Assembly: GCF_964204645.1 (NCBI RefSeq)
Contig: NC_134025.1
Span: forward strand, 27,508,299 to 27,572,298
From: Tubulanus polymorphus
Lineage: Eukaryota > Animalia > Nemertea
DNA length: 64,000 nucleotides
Reading direction: 5' to 3'
Shown: positions 13,442-25,400 of the stretch, in pieces
Numbering within the stretch: the first letter of the stretch is position 1
Layout of the letters: every line of letters starts with the position of its first letter
Notes under the pieces: generated by a model
What the model was told of the DNA's origin: nothing
The model's database searches: none
The model's input: the letters and a program-made list of their open reading frames with translations, nothing else
Program-made: the position numbers and the translations under genes

Positions 13442-15936
13442 TCAAAATCTTGCACCATTCCGCCTGTCAATAGAAGGTAGTTGATAATGTCCGTAGATTG
13501 TTTTGTTTGGCTGACTGTTTGCCTGAAAGAAACATCAATTTCAATACTTAGTGATACATGTACTGATAATATAGATCAGAGATAATAATTTTTCCTTGAT
13601 TCGTCGTACCTTCGCTTTGCTTCTGACTAATCCGTTAATGCTAGGGAGCATCGGGTGAGTTTGTATTTTAGGAAATGTAGTCGTGACGCCGCTGTAAGTA
13701 CTACTAGAATACGCATCGCTTACAGTAGCGGGTTGAGCGGGTTTATTGTGATTCGGGAATAACGAATGTCGAAATGAGTTGTCTGATATTCGTTTGTACC
13801 TTCGCTGAAATTGCAAGCAATTCGATAATGCAATTAGCAAATGACAGTCAAAGTCACTTAATTCATCAATGATTCGTTTTATGAATATCTTACTCGTTTT
13901 CTACGTTCAGGTAGAAGAACTGGATTCCTACTGAATGTCGTCGTTGATTCAGTTGGGGGATTATTTTTGTCGTTATTCGTGTCGAGATTCAGTTTATTTA
14001 GATCGATGATCTTAGCACCGCTTTGTTTTTCCTGATTGTTTTGAGGAGCAGGTCGAGTATCAGCAGCGTCGGGTTGTACCACGGCAGTATTTTCATTATC
14101 CGTTTCGGTTTGTAATTCTGATGCTTTTTGTAAAGCGTTTTGACGTTTTTCAACATCCCTAAAAGCAAAAGATTTTTTCAATTACTTTCTTCTTCACATA
14201 AAATCTATAAGTCATTACTACTGCTGACAATGACTGAATCGGTATACAACACAAACCTACCTTAACTCTTTGAAATAAGTATGACGTAATGCTTGTTTGG
14301 CACTGATTCTTTCATCCGGATCGTAACTGCATAATTGATAAATCAGTTCTAAACATTCTGCAGAAGCGTGAGGTAAGTGCTTCTCGATACCACTTCCTTT
14401 CTTCGGTGGGAAGTTAAAATTCATACCTCTTGCTTTACTGTAAGAGAAAGATTGATACGTGTTTCGCATTACATATTTACTTATGAGAATGATGTAGTTA
14501 ACTCTAACCCGAATAACAGTACTTACTTCCGTAGTTTGTTCAGAATATTGGCTTCAGGAGTTCCCATAACATCGTGAATTTTGGCAATTTGATCGACTTC
14601 ATTAGATCCAGGGAACAATGGATGTAAACTGCAGAAGAGAGATTGAAGATTTAAGTTTTTGATACTCAGAGTAAAATGAAATGGAATGTAAAATCTGACG
14701 CAACATACTGGTACCTCATTATTTCGAAGAAAACACAACCTACACTCCACATATCCATCTTATATGTGTAATAGCCATCAGTAAGAAGACATTCAGGCGC
14801 TCGATACCTTAAAAATAAGTTCACTGATGGTAAATCGAATCTTATAGCCACACGTAACATACTCATAATTTGGTTTCATCCAATGCCTGAAACAGTTAAG
14901 ACTAGGTCATACTCACCAACGGGTTGATATATATTCCGTGTACGGCTGCTTTGAGTAAACACTTCTACAGGACCCAAAATCAGCCAGTTTTAATAACTCA
15001 TCCTATAACATGGAATACAATTTCATACAATATTTGTTGTGATCAAAAATGTTAAATAAACACACATGATTTGTAACATACTTTTATAAGAATATTTTCT
15101 GGCTTGACGTCTCTGTGAAAGATACCATTCCTGAAATGGAAATTGATCGAAGAATGTTGAATTCACTGTATAAGCTTTGAATGTAAATGGAATTTGGATG
15201 ACACGGACAGTGAAACTTACCGATGCATATGATCAAGTGATTTACATAGTTGATACATGTATGATTTGATTTTTGGTTCCGGAAGAAATTGCCTTCTCCC
15301 TTGAATGAACAATATTAATTAACAATGAAAAGCACAATTCAATACTGGTAATGTGATATTAAGGCAGTTTGTAATCCATTTACCAACCTCTTATCAACTC
15401 ATATATATTCATATCCATTAATTCACACACTAGGACAAGAACACCGGATTTCTTTTCACTAGAATATACAAGTTTCCAAATGAGTAACAGATTCTTAATG
15501 ACAAGGCCTATGTTGATGAGCATTTTCAAGTCAACTTACAAAATAACTTCATGAAGTTCGAGTATATTGACATGTGGATTAAGACGCCTTAGTGCTTGAA
15601 TTTCACGTAAATTGTTCACTTGCTCCACACTGCAATAAAAGTTCAACGATAAAACCACAGATTCTAAGATTATCAAATCTTTCGATTTAAATTGATAAAC
15701 ACAAAAGTCAGACTTACCCGTCATAATGCTGCTTCATCTTTTTACATGCCCAATACGTCCCATCTTTTATATTTTGACATTTCAACACCTCTGAAAATGT
15801 ACCTTCTCCTTTTTTCCCCAAGATTTTATATTCTGAAAAAAGATCAGATTCAACAAAATCAATTGATTATTGCTTTTGAAACTGCCACTTAAAAAGCTAT
15901 ATGCCCCTATCCAAATTTCGACAACTTACTTTGCAT
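13442..15936 (-). CDS. MOK: MAPK/MAK/MRK-overlapping kinase (MOK/RAGE1), multi-exon
   Basis: [84 protein letters not shown] (TEY activation loop) and LFPGSNEVDQI; C-terminus YQLPSIDRRNGARF*. Confidence 0.92.
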
Positions 15937-16377
15937 CAACACGTTCATTATTACGTGGGTAGTTAATCTTATGCGCCAGCAGTTTGAAAACTATTTTACC
16001 CTGGAGAAATTTTACATATCTGTCGCTGTGATGTTCTTTTCGGCTTCATCGTTACGCATTTTCCATGCGGAAGTAAACGAATCAGCCATTTTGACAGTTT
16101 GATTGACAGATGTAACTAATGCCACAAATTACTACACTAATTGATTATATATTTGTAGACTACCGATTCATTGAATCCTTATACTTGAATAATCTAAATA
16201 CGTATGACTTGATAACTATCATGTTAAATATCTATATATGTTTTTGATCTAGAATTCAAATGGCAAACAATCGTGAACTATTTTATATCGCAGTAACACG
16301 ATAGCGGGAACACGTCGTTCAATTAGTAACTATAAACAAACATCAAAATCACGGGTTTTCTGCTTCTCATACCCAAT

Positions 16378-16387
16378 GTTCGAATCC
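16378..16387 (+). promoter_or_regulatory. Solo Pol III B-box (ETC-like TFIIIC site) in the MOK 5' region
   Basis: GTTCGAATCC with no surrounding tRNA, next to an RFX X-box-like GTTGCCTGTGAC (16395-16406). Confidence 0.45.
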
Positions 16388-16515
16388 CAAATATGTTGCC
16401 TGTGACGGTGGGATTATTGGAGATCGTGAACTTAAACCCCAGTTACGTTACAGACTCCACAAAATTAAAAAAAAAATACAAATTGATAGTCATATTATTT
16501 TATAATGGGATTTAC

Positions 16516-16974
16516 CGCTGGCGCGGTGGGTACAGAACAAGTGCACGCGGCATATTGGACAAATGGAGCGTGACGGCGGGAGTTTTCGCGCGGGAAAGCG
16601 AGGCAGAACGACTATTTCGCCACGGAAACCTTTAACAACGAAGTATCAAAGTCCCCAAAACAATGTTTTTATAACAAAAATAAAAAAACCTTTTTTTGGC
16701 GCTATATCGTCTCCGATTTTTATGATTCGAGGAGACATTCGAGGAGACAAGTCTAACTTAAGTTCGCGCTGTAATCTGTACCGGTTACGGAGTACCTACC
16801 TTTCAAAATATTTTCTAAGTCGAAATAAACTTTCTGTCGGTATTTTTCCCGTCGTTGTTTTAGATTTGCCTGGAGCGTCGCAAACTCTTCTGTTATAGAA
16901 TTAGTTATTTCGCCTTCTTTTATCAACGATTTCTCGGTTGGTTCCACTATCAAAGCATTTTCCACAGCCTCCAT
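16516..16974 (-). CDS. Two upstream coding exons (16800-16974, 16516-16629) predicted to give a long N-terminal MOK isoform
   Basis: Exon A ends ILK-G|gtaggt (phase 1). Exon B is 114 nt, phase 1/1 and open. The MOK kinase exon acceptor is also phase 1. Confidence 0.55.
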
Positions 16975-17637
16975 CGTATCACCTGCCGTTTCGCTACACC
17001 ATAATCATTTGTTCGAAACTAAATTTCACGTTCAATTAACGCTAAAAATTGTGTGACTTACATAGTGCTTTATGTTCTCAAATATACGTGCATTAAATAG
17101 CATTGAGTGAATCCCAGTATCGGCGCGGCATATAAAAATTAAGCAAATATTGTTCTCGATTCAGTGCTACCTACACAAATAATAATCCTTATAAATATAG
17201 TACATTTGGAACGAATATTTGTAGATTCACGAAATTCACCCATACATATATATGTCAATATTTACCCGTGAAACAGTTTTAGTAGACGAGGAACTGCTAC
17301 CATAAGGTATGCGCGCATTTCGATTCTACCGGCGTACCTGAATTAAAAATTCCCCTACTTTCAAACTAGCATAATTCAAATTGAGACGTTGAAGGAATTA
17401 CACATCTGTAAATAAAATGTTTCCTTTTCTTTTCATTGTCGTTCTAAAAATAGCTTATGAATAGGGGTTGTTATAGGCTACGCGTAAGGGGTGGGAAACA
17501 TTCCCACAATTAATTAACTGCGATTTTGCTCATCAGAAACCAGTCTCCATTTGATGAAATTAACGTGACTGGACCATTGACATCACACGAGCTGTATTTC
17601 ATATAGATAATCTGCTAATCCAGCATACACTTAAGTG

Positions 17638-19096
17638 TATGGGCGGCCATTCCCGCCAAAAATCAGCGTTTCGTCTATTTGTCTGTACTTTGACAAAATG
17701 TCATAGTACACCGCCAAAATGTGTAAGCGTAACGTCAAATTGTGTAATGCGGCTAAATAACACAGGGGGGCGACACTGTACGGACAGTATTTTGCGGTAT
17801 TTTTCTCGCTTCGCGATCATCTCAAGGTCGTCTCAGTGAAATAATTTTGCGAGTATCAAATCGACAAATCGTATCATATTCCCTAAACCCAATAAAACGA
17901 ATTTATTATTACTTTATTAGTTAACTCGGAACTCATAAACTCAAGATGTCGTCTCAGGTATGGAGGCCATATATGGAAGCCCTGAGACGACACCTTGGGT
18001 TCATGAGTTCCCAAGTTCATAACTTCCAGAGTTTATGATATTTCTTCACCCAGCACTGGCAGTGGTTGTCTCCACCAGTGATGTCCGTCGCTCTACGATC
18101 CTAGTGTAACCAACTGTGGTACAACTGTGGTACATCAGACACTAAGATTCTTGGTGAAGATATTTCGAGTTTATTTGGGCATGTACAACACTATGAAATT
18201 ATGCGACATAAAGAATCCTATTATAAGGATGTTAAATCCGATTACGTCATGAATTAACTAAAAAAATGATGTCCAGCATCAACCAAGACTGGTTGACTGT
18301 GCCCAATTCTGCACTGGCAGTCATATGAAGTCGACCGGCAACCAGTCTATCATCAGACATCAGCTTTCTTAATGGTTTATAGAAAATAAATAGATGTTTA
18401 AAAATTTCTCATAACGAGCGTTTGTTATCTTTTTCATCATTAAAACCTGAGCAGATTCATCGAGAGTCACAAGTTAATCGGAGTCACCCTTCTCTCTAGC
18501 CCGCGCACAGAAAATCCGAGCTACCTACCAGAGGAGGAACGGAGGCGCCCTTCAACATACCATTAATCGCTGGTTATTCAGTGTCGTCTGAGCCTGAGAC
18601 CCGGGTCTTTGATAGAGCATCGTGTTTACATTCGACGTTTCGGTATCGCAGGCTTTTTTCATTAGACGAACTCATGAACTTGAGAACTCAGGAAGTTATG
18701 AACTCGGAACTCATGAACTCAAGATGTCGTCTCAGGGCTTCCATAGGTTTACGGCAAAGTATTTACTTCCGCTATTTTACCGTACATTATTACTATATAT
18801 TATAGTATTAACAAACTAAAGTAACAATAAAATCATTTTATTGGGTTTGGGGAATATGATACGATTTGTCGATTTGATACTCGCAAAATTATTTCAATAA
18901 AACGACCTTGAGATGATCGCAATGCGAGAAGATATACCGCAAAATACTGTCCGTACAGTGTCGCCCTCCTGTGTTATTTAGCCGCATTACACAATTTGAC
19001 GTTACGCTAACACATTTTGGCGGTGTACAATGACATTTTGTCGAAGTACAGAAAAATAGACGAAACGCTGATTTTTGGCGGGAATGGCCGCCCATA
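17638..19096. mobile_element. Non-autonomous DNA transposon, IS3EU-like (TAT...ATA termini, ~280-bp TIRs, 6-bp TSD)
   Basis: TATGGGCGGCCATTCCCGCC at the left end and GGCGGGAATGGCCGCCCATA at the right; long imperfect TIRs; TAAGTG duplicated at 17632-17637 and 19097-19102. No transposase ORF. Confidence 0.85.
17972..18745. mobile_element. Nested second TIR element (TATGGAAGCCCTGAGACGAC...GTCGTCTCAGGGCTTCCATA)
   Basis: About 55-bp imperfect TIRs containing GAACTC subrepeats. An extra right-end copy (~17922-17971) abuts the left end. No TSD detected. Confidence 0.7.
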
Positions 19097-19357
19097 TAAG
19101 TGCGGGACGATGCGATGATTTATCTGCTGCCGAGGCCGCGGAGCCGGTGCGCGCGCCGGATTGGGACTGGCTGGAGCGCGTTGGATTCAATGCTTTACTA
19201 CACCAACCATAGCAAATCAAAGAGTTCTTACACCTAACTTAGTGGAATGATCGTGTAGTGCAAATCAACTCTGTTAGGTCACCGTAGCATTTATAGCAAT
19301 ACTTTAGCACAATTAGTAAAATAAACGCCAATCTTCATGAAATTATTGAAATGTCAA

Positions 19358-19372
19358 GGATTCGAACCCACT
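19358..19372 (-). promoter_or_regulatory. Solo B-box in the WDR81 promoter
   Basis: GGATTCGAACCCACT on the + strand (B-box on the minus strand), ~40 bp before a YY1-like AAAATGGCG (19407-19415) and an ETS-like ACTTCCTG. Confidence 0.55.
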
Positions 19373-19478
19373 ACAGAACGAACACTTCCTCATAAATAAA
19401 GTTTACAAAATGGCGACTTCCTGTCTGGTGACAGTTCATCGGTTTTGAGCATAAATTTAGCATTATTTCCCTGTTAGA

Positions 19479-22400
19479 ATGAAAGATGTGAATTTTACTA
19501 TGGATACAGTAAAGCGAGTGAAGAATGATTTAAGAATACAGCAGCAACATTGTCGGTTATCATCGTCTAATCGCGTGATTGCTGTTGTAAGTTGAAAATC
19601 CGATGCGATTTTTGTTTCTCATTCGTCCACTAGGTGGCGCTTGTAGTTCAATGTCACTTGTCAAGAGTTGTTTATTCATTTATAGCTTAGCCTGTCAGTA
19701 TATTTTGTAAATTAATCTCCTCCGGGCATGCCTTCTATCAAGATCTTAATGAGTTTTTCCAAACCGATCAATAAAGAGACGAACCATATGATGACAAAAA
19801 ATCCCTGGCTATGAATTACTGCATTTTGTCCTGTCAAAACAGACAGTTCCCGGAAGTTATCATTGATGAGATCTACCTTGCTTTCTTCTTTAAGGATGAG
19901 ACATAAGGTGTATAAATTGTAAATGATATCATCATAATTGTTAAAATATTTAGGTTCATGAAGATTGGATTAAATGGTTGAGAAAATCAGAAAGAATTGA
20001 TCATCGAAGTCATCCTAAAAGTGCTTCATTAGATTCTGATCATTGTCAGCTGTATTTGGCTCAGTCACAAGCCACTATTCCAGCACCATGGAAACGAGTA
20101 TCGATCAAAGTCATTCAGAAACGAGATATCCGAATTAAAAAGTAAGTATTCAATGAGAAAATGACGATCATTGAATTTATGAAACATCGATTAATACCTA
20201 TGAGTTTTGTTTCGCTTTAATCCTAGTGCCAGTCCTCTAATGCAGTGGATTGATAATGATACAAGTTACTGTGAAACAATGTCTACTGTCGCTCTAACCT
20301 CTTACTGTCAGTCGTGGAGGTATAGTCATATCAAATATAACCATCAACTTCCTAACGATGATGACTTCCAGATTGATACTCAGGTTTGTGCACTTAGTAA
20401 ATCTGATACAATTGAACTGATAACTGATTAATATACAATACCTATAGATGCATCATTACCTGGCTCCCACTGTTCAATAAGCATTTCTGGATCATTCCAC
20501 ACTTAAGATTAAAGTTTTTTCGGATCCTTGACCAAGAGGTTTCTTAATTGGAAGGTTTTTTCATCAATTTCAATACCTTATCTTTATTGCAGCCATTCAA
20601 TGATGCTATTCGCGGTGTAGTTTCTTCATTTTACGGAGCATCATTTAAACCAATAGGTCATGACATCGCTGTTGATGAATACAGTGAACAACAAACAGTG
20701 AAACCAATCAGTTTTAAGAGTTCGATCGTACCAGCAATAAGTTTACTCGAATCAACAGATACATTTTACATCGTACAACCGTACCTGCCATTTACTCTTC
20801 ACGACATTGTTACGTTTAGTCCGGCTATTCTAGAAAAATCAAACGCAAAGTCGCTGTTTCTTCTGTATCAGATTCTACAAATTATGAAAGGTTGTCACTC
20901 ATTCGGGGTCTCGGTTGGCAACCTGACGCTGCACGATGTACTCGTGGATGACAAACTTTGGCTGTATTTTCCTTTTCCAAGTTTAAGCGCTATCATTCAA
21001 GAATTTCCGTCTGAAATAAGCAGCACGAGTGATGAAATGCAAGACGATAAACAGTTAAACAAACCACAGAGCGATTTGTTTACAAATTCAGATATACCTG
21101 AATGTATCAACTCACTTCCTCTGAATAATCTACCAGCTATCATACAGATGTGGGTATTGAAAGAAATTTCAAACTTTCAGTATCTGATGGTGCTAAATTA
21201 TCTATCAGGACGCAGGATGGGTGATCCAAATCATCACCCGGTTTTACCGTGGGTGATGAATTTCACCGTTCCCGACGGCGGGTATCGAGATCTTTCGAAA
21301 TCGAAATATCGACTGAACAAAGGCGATCGTCAGTTAGACATAACGTACGAACATATGGCATTACCGAGTAGCCCACCTAGTCATACATCACCGGATAGTA
21401 TTACGCAAGCGCCTCATCATATCTCGGATGTGCTGTCGGATATAACGTATTACGGATATAAAGCTAGGAGGACTCCGAAATCGATATTGTGTACATTCGT
21501 ACGAAGGAAATGGGTGCCTCACGAATATCCGCAGAGTATGCAACGTTTATACGAATGGACTCCCGATGAATGTATCCCCGAGTTTTTTACCGACCCGTCT
21601 ATTTTCAAGTCGATACACGAGGATTTACCTGATTTGGAATTACCCTATTGGGCGCTAGACGCAGAAGACTTCATACGAAAACATATGGATGTATTAGAGA
21701 GTGATTATGTATCAGAGAGGCTTTCTGATTGGATTGATTTGACATTCGGTTTTAAGGTAATCGATGATATTCAAAACAAAGTGAGCATCATATTTGCCAT
21801 TTTGACATGCCAAGTTAACTTCATTATTTTTCACAGTTAAGCGGCCAGTCTGCAGTGAAAGCTAAGAATGTTTGTCTACAACTCATTGATCAGCATACAC
21901 ACATGACTAACCACGGAGCTGTGCAGTTATTTAATCATCCTCATCCTCGTAAGAACTGCGAGCGTCGTTTCAATACACCCTGCGCTCCAAACATTCCACG
22001 TAGTCTCAGCATTATTCAGGTATTTCACGCTATTTGTGTGTTTGTGTAATTGTATTATGTAACGTAGAGCTTATACGCACATTTTACTCTGGATAAAAAA
22101 TCAATGATTGAATTAATCTTTAATTTGACCTTTTTTTCTTCATTTTTTGTCTATGTGTGCATGTGATGCATGTTGTTTTTAAGTTGCTTTCGTTGTTGAT
22201 TTTTATCAGAGTCAAATTCGGTGGAAGTCATCATCTATTGTATTAGATACAAACCAACATGCTTTACAGGTTTGTCTTGTTGTAGTTGTTTACAATTGCT
22301 ATTCATAATCTGAATATTCAATGGTGAAAAAATTCAAAAATATTTCAGGCTTCAAGCGATTTGAATGAAAACAACAGAAATGGTTCTGATAAGTAAGTAG

Positions 22401-25400
22401 TATATGACATTTTAGTAAAGATTGATAATTGATTAAATTAGAGTATTAATATCTCATTTTATGATTGCAGACAGGAAGGTTTACCCGACAAAGAATTGAT
22501 TGTTCTACCCCAGGGTTATAATCCAGTTGCGCTTTTGGAGGAGTTGGAACATACGTTTGATTTTACCAGTCGGACTATGCACCAGTTACCTCCCAAGAGA
22601 CCGCCGAAGGTATGGTTGTGCTTTGTAAAGAGTGTCATTGTCTAATACGACACGTTTACGGCAGAGGCTGCCTATACCTGGTAGTCATATATGCTTGTTA
22701 TGTATGCTATGCTAAGGTGTTTTAGGTTACTGCTTTTCTAACCCTTTCAGTGTGTTTAAACCGTAGTGTGGTGCATAAATCATACTTCGCTAGTAGGCCT
22801 ACATGGCATCGCAGTACTGATGTTATTAGTAATTAGTTTTTATCTGTTTTGAAAAATGGCAGCACCTGTCAAACATAGTGAAATATTAGTAACTAATGTT
22901 ACACAGCACTGCGGTAAAGACGCACCAAAGCGGTATGCCCATATTCAACTCACTGGGGTGGAATCTTTAAAAATTCTCAAATTATCTCCAGCACTTTCGG
23001 GTATTGATAAGTCAGCACTGAAAGGTTTAGAAATTGATTAACGGTTTTTTACTGTTTTCTATATTCTCTATAGGCAATACCAGCCCCAGCTCTGATGAAA
23101 CGTATCATGACACATGATGTACAAGTGTTTGCGTGTTTGATGATTGAGTTACACGTAGCGTGGAAATTAAGAATGCTTCGACCTCGCGCATTGTTTATTG
23201 ACCGATTTGAATTCCTTCGTAGAATGTCTGAAGAAGAATGGCGTGATATACCAAGGTACAACTTATCAATTGTTCAGTGCATCATTATTATACCAAAACC
23301 TGGGAGTGTGCTTAATCGAGTGATCAATATTGCATTTCAGGCCAATCCGACAGGCAGCTCTAATCCTTCTACAACTAGACAGAGCTTGGAAGAGGGGTGA
23401 TGTGAAGATTCATTCATTACCGATGATGTTTGATTATGAAGACTATAACATGATGATTCCTTCTCCTGGCTTTTTGCTGGACCCACTTTCTCAAATACTT
23501 CCCTTCCCGAAAAACTTCAATCACATTTATGAATTGCTGTGCAAGCTAAAGGAATTAGATCAGAATATAGAAACAGAAATTCAAGGTATATCGTCATTCT
23601 TATTCGACAAACCTCAGAAAATTCGAGCAATGCAAAAGAATAAAGTTTACGAAGTCGGGGCATTGCTTGTACCATTATTAGATGAAATTAAACGTGAAAA
23701 TTTAGAAATAGTGCTGCCATATGTGAATGAATTATTCGAATGTCCAGATACGATAGTTGCGACGTCTTGGACTCTGTTTGAACCTGTTGCACGAGCATTC
23801 GGTGTTGTAGAAACATCACGCAATCTACTAGTTCCACTGATGAAACTTTACGATGGCGAAAATTCAACTTCGAAACACCTGAAATTATACTATCGCATGT
23901 TTTTAAAACAGTTGATTATTAGACTCGGACTTCAAACCTTTTTGGCCCATTTCGCGACGCTGTTGATAGAAGCAGTGGCTGGATATAAAGACTTTGTGTC
24001 CGAGGATGATCAGTCTTATACGGAGAGTCGTGAAATTGACACAGCGAGTCCGGATCTCTTTAAGAGTTATGTGACCAGTTGTCCTCCAACGACAAAATTA
24101 TCTACAGCGTCAATTGAAAGGGAGTTACAACGGCAGTTGATCGAAGCTCATTCAAAAGATGAAGAACTAGAAAAGTTGGATATACTGGAGGAACTGAATG
24201 AAAAATCTATGGCCGATAAAATTAGTCCTGAAGTGTCCGGTTCTGAAGACAACATTGTTACTGAAGGTGTTTTGTTGGATGACGATGTAGATAATGTTGA
24301 TGTATTGAGTGTGTCTAGTCAAGACAATATATCTGACGATAATGATGATGATGAACTAAGCGACAGTGCAACTGATATTTCCGAAAATGAATTAGGCCGT
24401 AGTTTAGGCAATCTTTCTGTACATAGCGTATCGAGATTGATGGATACGAGTCGTGAAAGATATGTCTCCGGTAATAGTGAAAATCAGGTTGGATCATTCA
24501 ATGGATCTTTTAATGACGAGGATGATGATCTAGAGGAGGAGATATACTCGCCACAAATATCAGATACACATCAAGGTGAATTTCTCATATTCAAGGTAGT
24601 GGTTAAATTTGACTCCAAGGTTGCAATTCGGTACAGTAATTTTGCATTGTTCAACTCGGGAGTCACATATAAGCCACAACTTTAGAACTGAATGCAGTAT
24701 TCTCATTCAATCTTACACAGAGTTCAACAATGTACTTAGTATGTGATCATATTTTGTAGATGACGATAATGAGAATAACATGAAAGAAGATGAAGTTGAT
24801 AATAGTAATAATGATATAGAAGTATGTATCAGTGAGCCGGTAACACCGATAGTCCGTTCTGAAACAGAAGAATTCACAGCTCGTATTATGCAATCATCAA
24901 ACAAGTTTGATTATAATATCTGCGATATGGCGACTGAAAGTGTTTTATGGCTGGCGCACAAACTCGGACCGGTTCTAACGGCAAAATTTTTATCTAGAAA
25001 TCTATTACGCATGTTGACGCTGTGTTATTTAGGAGAAGAACAACTCGATATTCTACATGCATCTAGTAAGTGTTCGTGTATTTACCTAGTTAAAAAGTGA
25101 TTACAACCATTGAAAAGAATATTTTTCTCTTGGCCACTCTTTTTGCTATGAAATCTTCATGTTGCATTTCTGGAATGACTTGTCATCATTTTCTAGATGA
25201 AGATGTATTATCAGTGTGCGAGAAACAATTAGCCGGAGATAGTAACGCGTCGCGGGTTTTAGATTCTTTGTCGAGCATCGCGACGATCTATGGAGAACAA
25301 GTCATTTTACTGCAGTATTTTCCTCATATCATCGATCTCATATCCGTAGCGAATAAGAAACTGACTCTTCGAACTGAAGCTGGACTCGTCGCTTGTTTAG

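Noticed and set aside
18267-18362. CTGATGA followed by a hairpin on the minus strand (possible second hammerhead)
   Set aside because: The required GAAA box is absent (GACT instead); better explained as an internal palindrome of the TE.
17639-19095. Twin ORFs MGGHSRQKSAFRLF... on opposite strands (17639-17839 and 18889-19095)
   Set aside because: They are translations of the two TIRs of the transposon, not genes.
24601-24674. Small imperfect inverted repeat in a WDR81 intron
   Set aside because: Too short and degenerate to classify; no TSD.
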